Origin: Pavona decussata | Taxonomy: Eukaryota | Length of the DNA stretch: 64,000 nucleotides | Assembly: GCA_977016875.1 (NCBI GenBank) | Contig: CDRNST010000382.1 | Span: 1,798,001-1,862,000, forward strand | Direction: 5' to 3' | Part shown: positions 39,311 through 51,738 of the stretch, in pieces | Position numbering within the stretch: position 1 is the first letter of the stretch | Layout of the letters: each line of letters starts with the position of its first letter | Notes under the pieces: model-generated | The model's input: the letters and a program-made list of their open reading frames with translations, nothing else | Told to the model about the DNA's origin: nothing | Databases searched by the model: none | Made by a program: the position numbers and the translations under genes

Positions 39311-39564
39311 GGCTGCTATCCACTATGCATGTATCCTGTTCCGGCCAGCGGTTCAGTAAGTGGGGAAATTCCCTTTTTTTCCACTAGTTTTCTAGCTGTC
39401 TTTTGCGCAGTCCCTATTCTCTTTGCACCTTCATGACCTTCTCCTGAGCATGGCGATTTTGTGTTACCACTTGTAACGTTATGTGACACGTCACAAAATT
39501 TATACACCTGCGCACTTTTCCTAGCGTTCATTTTGATGTTCCAAATGTACTTCCAGAAGGCGAC

Positions 39565-39954
39565 ATGAGTTTTGCCGAATATGAAACTCATACTCAAGAC
39601 TGTGAGAACTGTTTTAAGAGTGTTGAGAACTATGTCATTCAAAATGCTTTTTCATATGGTGCGTGGTTGAGTAAAGCATCTGATGAGTTTCAAAACGATA
39701 AGAAACATGGTCTTATTTTAGGCAATTTTGGTGACTTGATGAACCAACAATGTAAGGTGAAACCAAGACGGGCATGGCAACTACGGGAATTTTACAAACT
39801 TTTCTCAGCTTATAAAAAAGTATTACGTTGTAAGTTGTCATTTATATGGTTTGATAAGAATGGGTTGTCTGTTGTCAAATATTTTGAAAGTCAACCAGCT
39901 GTAGCAATGCCTTGGAAACATGAAATAGACTGTGCTTGCGGCAGTTGTATGTAG
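39565..39954 (+). CDS. Hypothetical protein (129 aa or 3' part of a longer ORF), possibly virus/Polinton-associated
   Basis: Protein-like composition. C-terminal WKHEIDCACGSC is duplicated downstream as WTHETDCACGTC (about 40055-40090). Confidence 0.35.
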   Translation: MSFAEYETHTQDCENCFKSVENYVIQNAFSYGAWLSKASDEFQNDKKHGLILGNFGDLMNQQCKVKPRRAWQLREFYKLFSAYKKVLRCKLSFIWFDKNGLSVVKYFESQPAVAMPWKHEIDCACGSCM

Positions 39955-40472
39955 GCCGGCACAGTGCCGTGACCTCACATTGTTCAGTAGAAATAAATGT
40001 GAACATTGAAGCAATGGACTATTTAGGTAGGTTGATACAGCAATGGCAGAATCATGGACACATGAAACAGACTGTGCTTGTGGGACATGTACACCTGCAC
40101 AGCCATGTCGTGACGTATGCACCTATCTCTTAGTAACATTGCATTTTGTACACATCAATCGACCATCCATGTCCAATATACACAAAGAGATACAATTCGT
40201 CAAAACACCCTCACCAATCGTATCATTGGTAAAAGATTACGATTTGTCAAACAAGCCTCACGATTTGTACTATTGGAACAAATGGTAAGCTCCTCAGTCG
40301 ATCGGTGTACCATTTGTTAACTGCATCTTATTAACACATGCATGCTGGCGAAAATGAATGGTCAATTGGTACCATTGGTACAAATGGAAAAGTAGTCAGT
40401 CGATTGGTTAACCATTGGAATCTGCATCTCAAAACAAACGTCATGACTTCAATCTTCCTTGATCTATAAGCG

Positions 40473-40810
40473 ATATACCTCGTCCTTTAATGCATGAGCC
40501 GAAACAAGCGCACTACACATGAATATATCTCATTCTTTACTCCACGAACAGAAACAAGCATGCTACACATGAATATATCTCGTTCTTTACTACATGAGCC
40601 AAAACAAGTGCGCTACACATGAATATAACTTGTTCTTTAATTCATGAGCCGAGGAGAGCGCACTACACATGAATATATCTCTTTCTTTAATCCATGAGTT
40701 GAAACAAGCGCACTACACAAGAAACTATCTCGTTCTTTAATCCATGAGCCGAAACAAGCGTGCTACACATGAAGATATCTCGTTCTTTAATCAACAGAGC
40801 AGAAACAATC
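40473..40810. repeat. 50-bp tandem repeat, about 6.5 copies
   Basis: Unit CATGAGCCGAAACAAGCGCACTACACATGAATATATCTCGTTCTTTAATC at 40493, 40543, 40593, 40643, 40693 and 40743. Confidence 0.92.
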
Positions 40811-42400
40811 GCGAGGTAGTATTGACAGACTTCATACTGTTTATAATTTTGAACAGCTTTCGCTGATCTATATCCCCAATGCTATAAAATTGCTTTTCAT
40901 TATTTTGTTCCATGTATGACTGTAAAGAGTACAGTTGTTTTGGGTTATACAATAACATCTTATCGAATACTATACATTTATATGAACTTGTAACAATTTT
41001 CTTTATTTTCATGCTATCATCAATGCCTTTACCCACTAATCGGTTCAACGTAACCGCATCATGACCGTCTTTTTTTAGGTCTTGACACAGTTTGTTATAT
41101 GGGCATTTTTAAAATTTCTAAAAGGGTATTTTTATTCAGTTTAGTACATGATGTTTTCCCAAACCCTGGGAGGCTTCCAGCAATAAAAACGTTTCTGCCT
41201 TTCATGATGTTAAACAATTCTCGGGTATCATACTCATTTTTCACAACATCCTCTATGATTTCAACATCTTGTATCTCTGGTAGTTTGTTGTCAATACATT
41301 CGACCTTTGAATCAACCATGAATTTGAAAGATTCTAATTTACGGCATCCAATTTTATCAGATAAGTCAAAAAATTATTTTACCATTTTGATGTTTTTACC
41401 TGTGTTGTCAATCATGAAAGAGTCTGTTTTGATACCTTGCATTGTATTTTTGCATAGATAAGCTTCTTATATGTTTGATAGTTTTTCAGATCTCGAATTT
41501 CATATATCAATTCCTTGATTGGGAGAAAACCGTTTATTAACTCTTGTTTCTCGGATACTGATAATACATGAATTGTATCTTTCAGACTGTTTTGTTTCTC
41601 AATACATCGTCTGCATCGTTATCAAATTCATCATTCTCTTTAACAATAATCGTTTCTTCCTCAGTGATAAAATATATTTGTCCACGGTTTAACTTTGTTT
41701 GGTGATAAAATGCTTTGTTATAGTTTTTGAACCCCTTGCATATAGATATAGCCTTTGATTTTTTTCTTGATATGGCCCAAAGTTTTATTTACAATGAATT
41801 TTTTCAGACCTGTGGGTAATTCACATTCCTATAAGTTATGACAAGGTCTTCACTGTTTGGTATCACTAGGTTTGATGGTTTCTTGTAATACAGTACATGG
41901 AAGTTCTTATTGATTCTGTTCAACTGGCATCATAACACCTTGAATATGTGCCTAAAAACAGTATTGGGCTTGTATTTGGTCCTACCCTTACAATATACTG
42001 GGTAAAATTGTTGATTTTGTGGTCATCATACTTCTGCCATAAATCAAAGTGATTGAACACTGGATAATACTTTTGTCTTCATGAAATTGCTTGTATAGGC
42101 GTTCCTTGAGTCAACGCCATAAAGGGGTTTTGTTATAGTAGCCCGTTTTGGGTTCTTTAATAATATTTATTCAATATTTTTGGTCACGTTGTAGAATGAC
42201 ATATTATCAGGGCACATCAGACCGTTATTGAATTTGTCATCTGCTTCGTGATATTTCATGAAATTTTCCCCATTGATCCATACATCTGAATCACTTTGTT
42301 TGCTATCGAATAACATTAAATTAAAGACTCTCCGTCTACCAAGATGCAATGCGCGCGTCAGCAGAGGTTTCAAATGATATGAAACCTCGAATTTTCACTT
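40800..42400 (-). pseudogene. Decayed family-B DNA polymerase-like plus SF1 helicase gene (Polinton-like-virus type)
   Basis: In order: motif A GVDSRNAYTS (about 42110), motif B KFIVNKTLG (about 41790), NGFLPIKELIY, motif C GIKTDS (about 41430), Walker A GSLPGFGKT (about 41165), CIVFD (about 40965), IGDIDQ (about 40870). Confidence 0.65.
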
Positions 42401-43398
42401 TGTGTGATTGTAGCCAGTTTCATCCTGTAAAATCAGAGCCATCCTTCGGTGTTACTGAACAGCTAGTGTTGTTTTTAAATAGTCTTGATAATATTCTTTA
42501 TCACAAAGCAGATATTTTCTGCTTAATCGAAGATTTGCGACGGCTTCTATTGGTTAAACGATCTAGAGGTGACATCTAGATTGTGTTAATGGTGACCTTG
42601 AGAAGTCACCGTGGAAGACTTCGGAGACCTGAGGCCTTAAAAGTAATATATTTGAGAGAGTCAGTTTGCGACAACTGCAGGACAAGGAAAAGTGCCTTGG
42701 GATACGCTAAACTGGCCAACTGCGAGTTTGCTGAAGTTTTACTGCAGTAAGTGACACTGTGATCATCTATGTTTAGAACACATGTTGGTCTTTCATATTC
42801 ACGAACCTGATCATTATTGAATGCATATATCCTGTTGATAATATTCTCTGTTAACGTCTTGCATTCAATAGTACTTTACTTGCCATTGGCTTAGTCCAAG
42901 ACATATGTCGAACTATAAAAGGTCTAGTAAAAGTCTGAGTATCACTCGCTTGCCGTATTACCTACTGTAAGGTCTACCTTTAGTGTCTGTATTTTGTAAC
43001 TATGACTCGTCCACGTGGGACTCTAGAAGCTGCAACTGGTTTTGCTCGCAAACAGGAAAATCTCTCGTCCTTATCCACTGAGGTGCTTCGTCCATGCCTT
43101 CAGGCCCTGAATCTAACGATAACTGGTGGAAAAACAGATTTGGTTTCGCGCTTACAGGCTGTTCAACATCCTTGTGCGGCTACTCGTACAAAGCCCGGTT
43201 GCATACAGAAACACTCGGCTTGGTAGTGTAAACAACGTTTCACTGAAAGCCAACCACCTGTTGCTGAGTTCGACGGGGATGCCAGCGAGGTTTTGTCCAA
43301 TGATCTCCTCGATTTTCCTCAGTCTGGTTTTCGGGCCGACCAGGAGACGTCGCCTTCTTCACAACCGTTGACTGAGACACAAATGGCTGCCATTCAGG

Positions 43399-43581
43399 NN
43401 NNNNNNNNNNNNNNNNNNNNNNNNNNNNNNNNNNNNNNNNNNNNNNNNNNNNNNNNNNNNNNNNNNNNNNNNNNNNNNNNNNNNNNNNNNNNNNNNNNNN
43501 NNNNNNNNNNNNNNNNNNNNNNNNNNNNNNNNNNNNNNNNNNNNNNNNNNNNNNNNNNNNNNNNNNNNNNNNNNNNNNNNN
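43399..43581. other. Assembly gap
   Basis: Run of N. Confidence 1.
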
Positions 43582-45450
43582 CAGCCCAAAGGCTGGATTA
43601 CGGACTGTACAATATATAATACTAAATAAAATACGAGAAAGGACAAAAAAAAACTACAATAGCCGCTGCAGAGTTTTCCTTTCCAGCCCACCTATCTCGC
43701 CAACGCTACGCCTGCCACAACGCAAACCAGGTACAGCTACTCCTCTGGGCCTTACTCGCCCCCCTAGACAAGGGCTTAACAGACAAGATTCTATGGGGTG
43801 ACTACATTGACTTTACAATGTTATTGCCAGATTCATTAACTCGGCCCCAGACTCCCGACATCCAGCTTCGGTTAAATGACTCGGTCCCAGGCTCCTCTGC
43901 CCCTCTGACCATGGTACGCAAACAGAAACCTGACCTGTTATTGACACTTTTCATAGTGGTTAGATGCATACACCGCCTATATGTTAGTGATTGTTGAGTA
44001 GCACCCTCAGCTATTGCTCCAGCTTCCAAAATACCAACAAACCATATGCAGAGCAGCTACAAAATTCAAGGGTCCACCATTCCTCTCGTATAATGAACAG
44101 TTCCGTCGTAGGGCCGTTTACGATCAAAGTCTCAATTGGTACCAGGTTGGTTTGGAACACTGGACCGTGACCTTCTCTGGCCTTGCTCTGGTCTTGTCTG
44201 CTCCAGCCAGACCACAGCCAAAGCGACTGCCCCAGTGCTTACCCGTCCCACCCACAGCCCAAGAGCGGACCAGTCTGCTTTTGCTTCAACCGGTCATGTG
44301 GGTGTGCCTCCAGTCCTTCCGTGTTCCGGCACGTCTGCCGTCAATGTCGGTCTCCTGCCCACTCCATTATCACCTGCCCCAGCAGCTCCTCCCAAGAGCT
44401 GTCAAAGACACAGTGGTTCTAACAGCTCCATCGACAGAAGCAAGAGATAAAGTCGATTTTGTTGCCCAGGACTCTGTACCATCAGTATCCACCCCTCTTA
44501 ATGTAGTTGTTTTAGAACGGGAACTTTCTCTGCACCCTGATCGTAATTTTGTTAGTAACTCAATTAATTCTCTTGGTTATAGTACACATGTCAGCTACAC
44601 CGGTCCTCATAAACCCCGGGTCTCTTGAAATCTCATATCAACTATTCAGCATTCCGACGTGGTTTCATGTAATCTTCGCAAGGAGCTTAGTTTGGGTCGT
44701 GTGGCAGGGCCATTTAATTCCCCTCCCCTCCCTAATCTCCAATGTCACCCTGTGGGTGTGGTACCCAAAAAACACTCTTCAGAATGGCGCACGATATATC
44801 ACTTATCCTACCCAGAGGGCAATAGTATAAACGATCATATCCCTGACGACCCCTACACTCTCCAGTATGTTCAGGTGGACGATGCCATACATATCCTCCA
44901 GTCCCTGGGCCCGGGTTCTTTCATGACTAAAACTGATCCTAGAACAGCCTTTTCCCTTATCCCCACTCAATCTGTTGGTTGGCACCTCCTTGGGATACAC
45001 TGGCAGAACCAATACTATGTTGATCTCTACCTCCCGTTTGGGCTTCGCTCAGCTCCTTACCTCTTTAATCAGCTTTCCGATTCCTTAGAATGGATATTAA
45101 AGCACAATTACAGGTTGCGGCATGCCTGGTATATTCTGGACGATTTTTTTATCCCTTAACAATCCCACGTGCGGTGCCTCACCAGTTTGAGTACGCTTCT
45201 ATGCCTTTTCATGTCCATGGGTGCTCCGGTAGTCGCGTCAAAAACCCTGGGCCCTCCCAAGTACTTGACTTTATGGGTATTGCCCTAGATACAGTGCTTA
45301 TAGAGGCCAGGCTTCCCAAGGACAAACTTCAATGCACCCAGGAATAGACAATATTCGTATTCCCTGACGTTCCTGGGACGAGGCTAATGCGGGGAAAAGT
45401 TAAATGGACGTGCAGTGTTTATGTTGTCTTTTCTTCCATTTTGCTTGAAA

Positions 45451-47373
45451 ATGCCGAAACATCACTGTTGTGCCTACAATTGTACCAATAGTGAGACAAA
45501 GAAAAAGGACCCAGTCAAATACCCAGAAGTTGCAAGTGTTACTTTTCACTGTTTCCCATCAAACGACGAAAACAAACAGTACGCTCCCGGAATGAGTGAG
45601 CAAGAAATACGTCGGAGGTGGATCGCGGCATGCCGGCTGGAAAGCCTAAATGTCACAAGGCATACTTGAATACGTTGTAAACACTTTGAAGGAGGTCTAG
45701 GGCCAACAAAGGCAAACCCTGTCCCTAGGATATTTGATTTTCCTAAACACCTGCAGCGAAAAGTAGTGAAACAACGCCAGGATCCGGAGATGAGACAATT
45801 GAAGAATACTTTCACAACAAACAGAATTCAGAAGGCAAGCAAACCTGGCCAATCAAAGGTTCGCAAACACAACGAAAGTGTTATAGGCGAAGAAATCGGT
45901 AGTCAGGATTTGTTGCTTGCGACACCGGAGTTACATTACAATGAGATCGGTGATCAGCATCTGTTGCTGGAAAAACCTCAGCCAGCAGAACTTAACGTGC
46001 GTCCTAAGATAATCAAAGACGGTTTAGTATATCATGATGAAGCTGTCCAGACAGACTTTACGGCACAACAAATCACCAGAATGGAACAGGCGACCTCTAA
46101 ACAGCGAGAATTAAAAAGATATTTGTTTTTGGAGGATGTGCAACGAGATGATAGTTCAGTCAGGTTTTATACTGGCTTACCATCACTCTCGTGTCTGCTC
46201 ATGTTATTTTGATTTTCTCAACCCCATGCAAATTGCATGAAATACTGGGACGGAAAGAATAAGACACAAGCAGAAACATATCAGGTAAAACTATAGTAAT
46301 TATATATCTTTATTGCTCTGTAAAAAAATCCAACTATATTTCCTCATTCCTTTCCAGCAGTAAAACCCATCCTATCTGTCTTTCAAGTACATGTGTAAGT
46401 AAAGTGAGAGTCGAAGCAAAGCAATTTTGGAAAAGAAAATTTTTTTCCTGCTTTACACCACTAAACTGCCTGTTCTCCAGCCTGGGCCATATATTTGTAT
46501 AGGATATGCTTGTTGATCATTAGCAATAGAATAGCAATAACTGCAAAAAGTAAATGCAAGGAGTTCTGATTTGTCTCTGTTTATTGTTTCTAAAGGAGAA
46601 TGCTGGCAAGGGTAAACCTGGCCGCAAAAGGCAGCTACCTTTATTTGCTGAGTTTGTGATGGTATTGGTCTGCCTTCAATTGGGTTTGCTTCAGAGACAA
46701 ATTGCAGATATATTCGGCATTTCCCAGGCATCAGTTTCAAAAATCTCTACAACTTGGATAACCATGTTATACCATGTGTTCAAACAAGTACTCATAAGAT
46801 GGCCATCTAAACAGCTGGTTAAAAAGCATTTACCAAAATTCTTTTCCAAGTATCCAAGAACACGTGTTATTATTGATTGTACAGAATTAAGGGTTGAGAA
46901 ACCTAGTGCCCTCTCTTCTCAAAAAGTCAGTTGGAGTGATTACAATAGCCAAAATACATTCAAATTACTTGTTGGAATCACCCCTTCAGGAGCATTTAGT
47001 TTCGTCTCTGATCTTTACTCTGGGGCAATGTGACTGTGCAATAACTATCAGGTCGGGCTTAATTGAAAAGCTAGAGCCAACGGATGATCTCATGGCTGAT
47101 CGGGGATTTAATCTAAGAGACCTTGTCACCAAGAGAAATGCAACACTGAATATACCCCCATTTGCAAAGGGGAAGCAATTGTCAACGACAGCATGCACTA
47201 AAACAATAAGGATAGCATCTCTTAGAATTCACGTCGAGAGAGCTATTCAGCGAATGAAAAAGTTCAGATTATTGCAAGGGGTCATCCCCATTAGTATTGC
47301 TGCAGTGGCTAACCACACTGTATTTGTCTGTGCAGCTCTTTGTAACTTGCTAAAACCACTTGTTAAAAAGTAA
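45451..47373 (+). pseudogene. ISL2EU transposase (THAP, HTH, DDE_Tnp_4-like); intron about 46285-46596
   Basis: MPKHHCCAYNCTN..RRRWIAAC..CKHF, RFYTGLPS, IADIFGISQASVS, VIIDCTE, TFKLLVGITPSG, MADRGF, RIHVERAIQRMK; one stop and frameshifts. Confidence 0.9.
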
Positions 47374-47458
47374 ATGCCATTATTTACATATAAGACATAT
47401 ATAACAAAACTGTTGCCTTAAAGAAGCCTGATTTCCTAGGAAGCCCAATAAAATTATG

Positions 47459-47459
<1 letters not shown>

Positions 47460-47516
<57 letters not shown>
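47460..47516. repeat. (TA)n microsatellite
   Basis: About 28 TA units between the two convergent ISL2EU genes. Confidence 0.95.
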
Positions 47517-47520
<4 letters not shown>

Positions 47521-47655
47521 CTTGGCAGTGTAATCTAAAAAAAAAAATTTGTTATTTAGTAGTTTTCTTTTTCCCAATAGAGCTTTGCTATGATACCTTA
47601 ACATAAATCAATGTAATGGTAATAATTAAAAAGTTTCTCTAGAAGTCAACACGTT

Positions 47656-49533
47656 CTAGTCCAAGTTGAACTCTTGGATAACCAAGTTCATAGACAAGGA
47701 ATGTGTCAAAAAATAATTCAATTTTTTTAAGTATAGGAGACCAAATTTCACTTTTTCAAAAAACAAACCTCCATCAGTCCCCTGGGCTATGAGAACTCCC
47801 CAGTGATATTCTGTACCAAACATTTGCTGATACAACTGAAAATAATACTTGTGGTTTTTGTTAAGCTGAATAATTACAGTATTGTTGTGTTGCACCTTCA
47901 AACATATGTGTTGCTTTAAAAGGACACCTGTCAAAGTTTCACCAGGTTTAACTTGAATGTACTTAGACTCAGCAACCCCAGGGGTGCTTTTTTTCTTCAT
48001 CAGTAATAATGCCATCTGTTTTGCTGATAAAAAAGCCACACTTTGTAATAGAGACTCCTTTCTTCCCCTCGCTGTTTAGCTTGTTTATAAATGCTTCTGC
48101 AATGTTATCTTCATTTTGTAGTCCTTGTAGCATTGCAGTGGATTGGGGGTATTGTTCACCAATAACTCCTTTATTGTTTTTGATGGGGAAGTAGTTGGCT
48201 TGAAGCTTGCCACCCTTTTACATTTAGATGCTGTTACTCTGCCCTTTCTGTACAAAAACCAGTCAGATTTTTGACTTTGAAGCTTTGTTTTCTTTTCAAT
48301 AAAGCTTATTTCATCTTCAGTGAAGTTTAGTTTTCTCTTTATTCCCTGTGCCTTTTGCTTAATTTCATCAACACTTGGGGGGTGGTTTCTGAAAGGAGAT
48401 GTACATTCCAAGTGAAATGGTTGTTCTTGGATAGATGGATTATCACTTGTCAAAGGTGGCTCACTTGCATTATTTTGTTCTGTAATTTCTCTAGTGGCTT
48501 CAGTTGCTTCATTTAATCCAGGATCAGGTAATAAATGAAGGCCTACTGCTGAAGGAACTTTGTTAAAAAGCAATCCTCTGAACTGTTCAAGTAGATTCTC
48601 ATTGATTACAGTTGCCTTTGGGCGTGGATCATAATTCCTGGTTGAAGGCTTCACTGCCTTTTTCTTTTTCTTACCGATTTCAGGTTTGGTTAAGGTCATG
48701 TCTTCTAAATTACAAGCTTCATTGTGTGTCCTCTTTCTTCCTTTCCATAGGCATTTTTCGCCAGTGCAAGTGACCACTTCGTTTTGTCGAAAGTGTCTTC
48801 AAGTTCAATGAGTGCAGCACCTATGTGACGGCAAGCCCCATCAGAGCTGTTAAGTGAAAGAAGGTGCAAGTTGTTAAACGATGAAATACAAGGAGTATTA
48901 AACAATCGATCCCATGGTTGTATCATGTAACTTAAAGTATAATCACAAAGAAAACCAGTTGCACTTACCCGCCGATGCAAGGACAGTGTGCAGAGAGAAC
49001 AACACCACCACTGTGGATAATTAGCCAACCATCATACGTCGGCTTGTTTCCTAAAGGTGTTTTCTCTCGTTCCGTAGATTTAACAGAGAATTTTATGATG
49101 TGGTGTTCAAAATAGATGTTTTTGTTCCTTTGTAGATTGTACACATGTCCATCCCAGTGTACCGGTACCCCTCGAGAGACTTGTACGCCTTCAGGGATTC
49201 TTGGTCACATCCCTTCTTGTTTATCAAATAGCAGTATAAATCTTCCCAGGCAAAGTTTGGGGCATCTGAAAAATCAGTGCTCCAGTCAGAATGGAGGTTT
49301 AAAGGATTCGGGATTGTACCATCTTTTGTAAACAACTTAGCATTCACAACATCAGTTATGGACTCATTGTCCTCCGTCAATTCGAGAGCAAGTTCGTGAG
49401 CTTTTTCCGTCAGTTCGACTGATTCTTCCTTTTTTTTGTTGGAGACAGATATTCCTCGAGCTTGCAGGTATTTTTTAAGTTCTGGAACCTTCCAGTTTTT
49501 AAAATTTACTTCCTTTTCCACCAAACCAGCCAT
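47656..49533 (-). pseudogene. ISL2EU YqaJ/lambda-exonuclease-like protein with SAP and SWIM domains
   Basis: SAP (WKVPELKKYLQARGI), SWIM (AHCPCIGG|..ACRHIGA), YqaJ (QSQKSDWFLYRKGRVTAS, ESKY, YYFQLYQQM); frameshifted. Confidence 0.85.
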
Positions 49534-51119
49534 AATTTTCCGTAACTTTCTTGTATTTTCGCGGCAACTTTCCCCGCATTAGCCTCGCATTGATGCGAAA
49601 GGGCTCACTCGTCCCAGGGCCAACGGGGAATACGAATATCGTCTATTACTCAACTCTTTTACCCAGCGCTGCTCCGTATGCTTAGTAGAGGTCCAATCCC
49701 TTATCAGAATTCATCAATTCGCACATAAGGTAGTAGTTCCTGGGCCCACCTTTCTGCAGCATATGATAAACCTAACAAAGGGGGTTCGTAGCCACTTTCA
49801 CCATATCCGTCTAAACAAAGAGTTTTTCAAGGACCTAACCATGTGGAAAGCTTTCCTTGCTGGGTGACATGAGAGGTCTTTCTTTTTAGACACCACAGTT
49901 AGCCCTTCTCTGGATTTGGAATTGTATACTGATTGGGCCAGTTCTATTGGTGTTGAGGGTTACTGCAATGGTCAATGGTTTCAGAGAAGGTGCCCCCCTC
50001 ATCTTCAGTGGGACTCAACTCTGGGTATCAGTATAGAGTGGCAAAAAGGTTTCCCGATAGTTGTTGCATGCGCTATCTGATTCCTGCATTTCTTGGGGAA
50101 ACGAATTCAATTTTGGTGCGACAACATATCAGTCATTGCTATCATTAACTCAGGCCATTCATAGCCCCCTTGAATCATGGACCTTCCTAGGTTCCTTGTC
50201 CTCATCTCCATGAAACATAATTTCTATGTCAGAGCTTGTTACGTCCCCGGGGTGTCCAACGCAATTGCTGATGCCCTCTCACGTTTTCAGGATGCGCGGC
50301 TCCGGGGCCAGACCTGCATCCTCCGTCAACCTGTTACTCTGGGCGTGCTGCTGGCTATTCAGCCCAAACTTTGCACTAGGTTGGGGGAACAGGATTTTTC
50401 AATGATTTGGGCGCTCTTTACCCTAGCCTTTTCTGGGTGTTTTCGGTGTAGTGAATTCACGTACCAAGGGACCTTTACGTTTCGCCCTCAGTTTGATTTA
50501 ACTGCCCACTATGTATCATTTCATCCCAGCCTGGCTTGCCCGCAGCATATGTCAATTTTTCTTAAGGCTTCAAAGACTCATGCCTTTCACCAAGGGCAAG
50601 TAGGTATACGCAGTCACTGCTATACGCAATTATTTTTCTAGCTGCTCCTCCCATGAGCCGCTTTTTGTCTTTCAGTTGGGCCACTTACCAGGTCGGTGGT
50701 TGTCAACATCCTACGGGATGCAGCCCGCAATGCTGGCATACCCCATAATTCCCTCAAAGGGCACAGTTTTTGGTTTCAGTGCTGCTTTAACAGTGGCCAC
50801 TGCAGGCTTACCAGACTGGCTTATTAAAGTCTTAGGAAGGTGGTCTTCAGACTGCTATCAGCTTTACATACGCAGGCCCCGCAATGTGTTGATGTCTGCT
50901 GTGCCGTGCATGGCCGGCGTTACTTTCCCGTGATTTTTGTCATTAGTTGGCTTGGGGGACTCTTCCTTCAGTGGCGGTTAAGTCTCTCAGCGACTTCCCC
51001 AAGCTTTGCGTTTTTAGGTTATTTTTAGCTCTAACCTTGAAACTCGTTATATGCCTTTATCCGGCGCATGCCGGCGGAGTAGGCTCGGACGGGGGATGGA
51101 ATGTCACTGAAACCTTACG

Positions 51120-51738
51120 ACTTCTGCGCAGTGAGGTAGAAAACAGAGAAAGATGCGAAGGAGTGAGAGCCCTTGCCCTAAAAGAAAATTTATACAGTCC
51201 AGAAGATTGAAGGAACACAAGATCGCCGAAATCGGGAACAACAAGCGTGTCAGCATTGTTTTCTGGAAACCAGCCTTCAAATACAACACATTGTACATTT
51301 TCCAAGCAACCACACCCAAGAGCAAGTTGCCACATAGTGACCAACAAAGCAGCAAGGAGAGAATGCCTAAAAAGCAGGGTCATTGTTTTGTTTGTCTAAA
51401 AAGAAGCCATCTTGCGAGAGATTGCCCATCAAAATATGGCTTGTTTAAAGTGTTCTGGGAGACATCACGTTAGTCTGTGTGAGATGGACATGGGACCACA
51501 ACAACGACAGCCAGAATCGATAGTTAGCCAAAACAATGGAAATACTGCCAACACAAGAGCCTCGTACCTGGGATAGCATGATTCGATTTTGCTACAAACT
51601 GCACAAGCCGTCATAGGAACTGGAAACTCTTCAACTGGAATAAGAGCGAGATTTATTTTGACTTAGGAGACAGAAGAGTTACACCACTCAATGCACACGT
51701 GACCAGCTAAACCTCAAAAACAATCAGCAAAGAATTGC
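51120..51738 (+). pseudogene. BEL/Pao gag zinc knuckle and protease fragment
   Basis: GHCFVCLKRSHLARDCPSK..C..C..RHHVSLC; ILLQTAQAVI..ARFIL. Confidence 0.7.

Larger units (their letters stand above)
45346..49644 (+). mobile_element. Complete ISL2EU DNA transposon (4.3 kb)
   Basis: TIRs AGACAATATTCGTATTCCC / GGGAATACGAATATCGTCT plus an inner inverted motif CGAGGCTAATGCGGGGAAA; 2-bp AT TSD. Excision restores the Ngaro frame CTQE-LLNSF. Confidence 0.92.
42960..51100 (+). mobile_element. Ngaro-type tyrosine-recombinase retrotransposon, decayed and split by ISL2EU
   Basis: ORF1: SAP-like N-terminus, YQQTICRAA..YNEQFR, Cys/His fingers. RT: ELSLGRVAGPF, GVVPKK, LPFGLRSAP, ILDDF. RNase H: LYTD, FWCDN, VPGVSNAIADALSR. 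YR: FRCSEF, SKT, KGHSF, LGRWSSDCYQLYIR. Boundaries approximate. Confidence 0.88.

Noticed and set aside
42579-42870. Solo LTR or Ngaro split terminal repeat
   Set aside because: No TSD and no matching repeat at the Ngaro 3' end (50935-51110).
47380-47604. ORF with (IY)n tract
   Set aside because: Translation of the (TA)n microsatellite.
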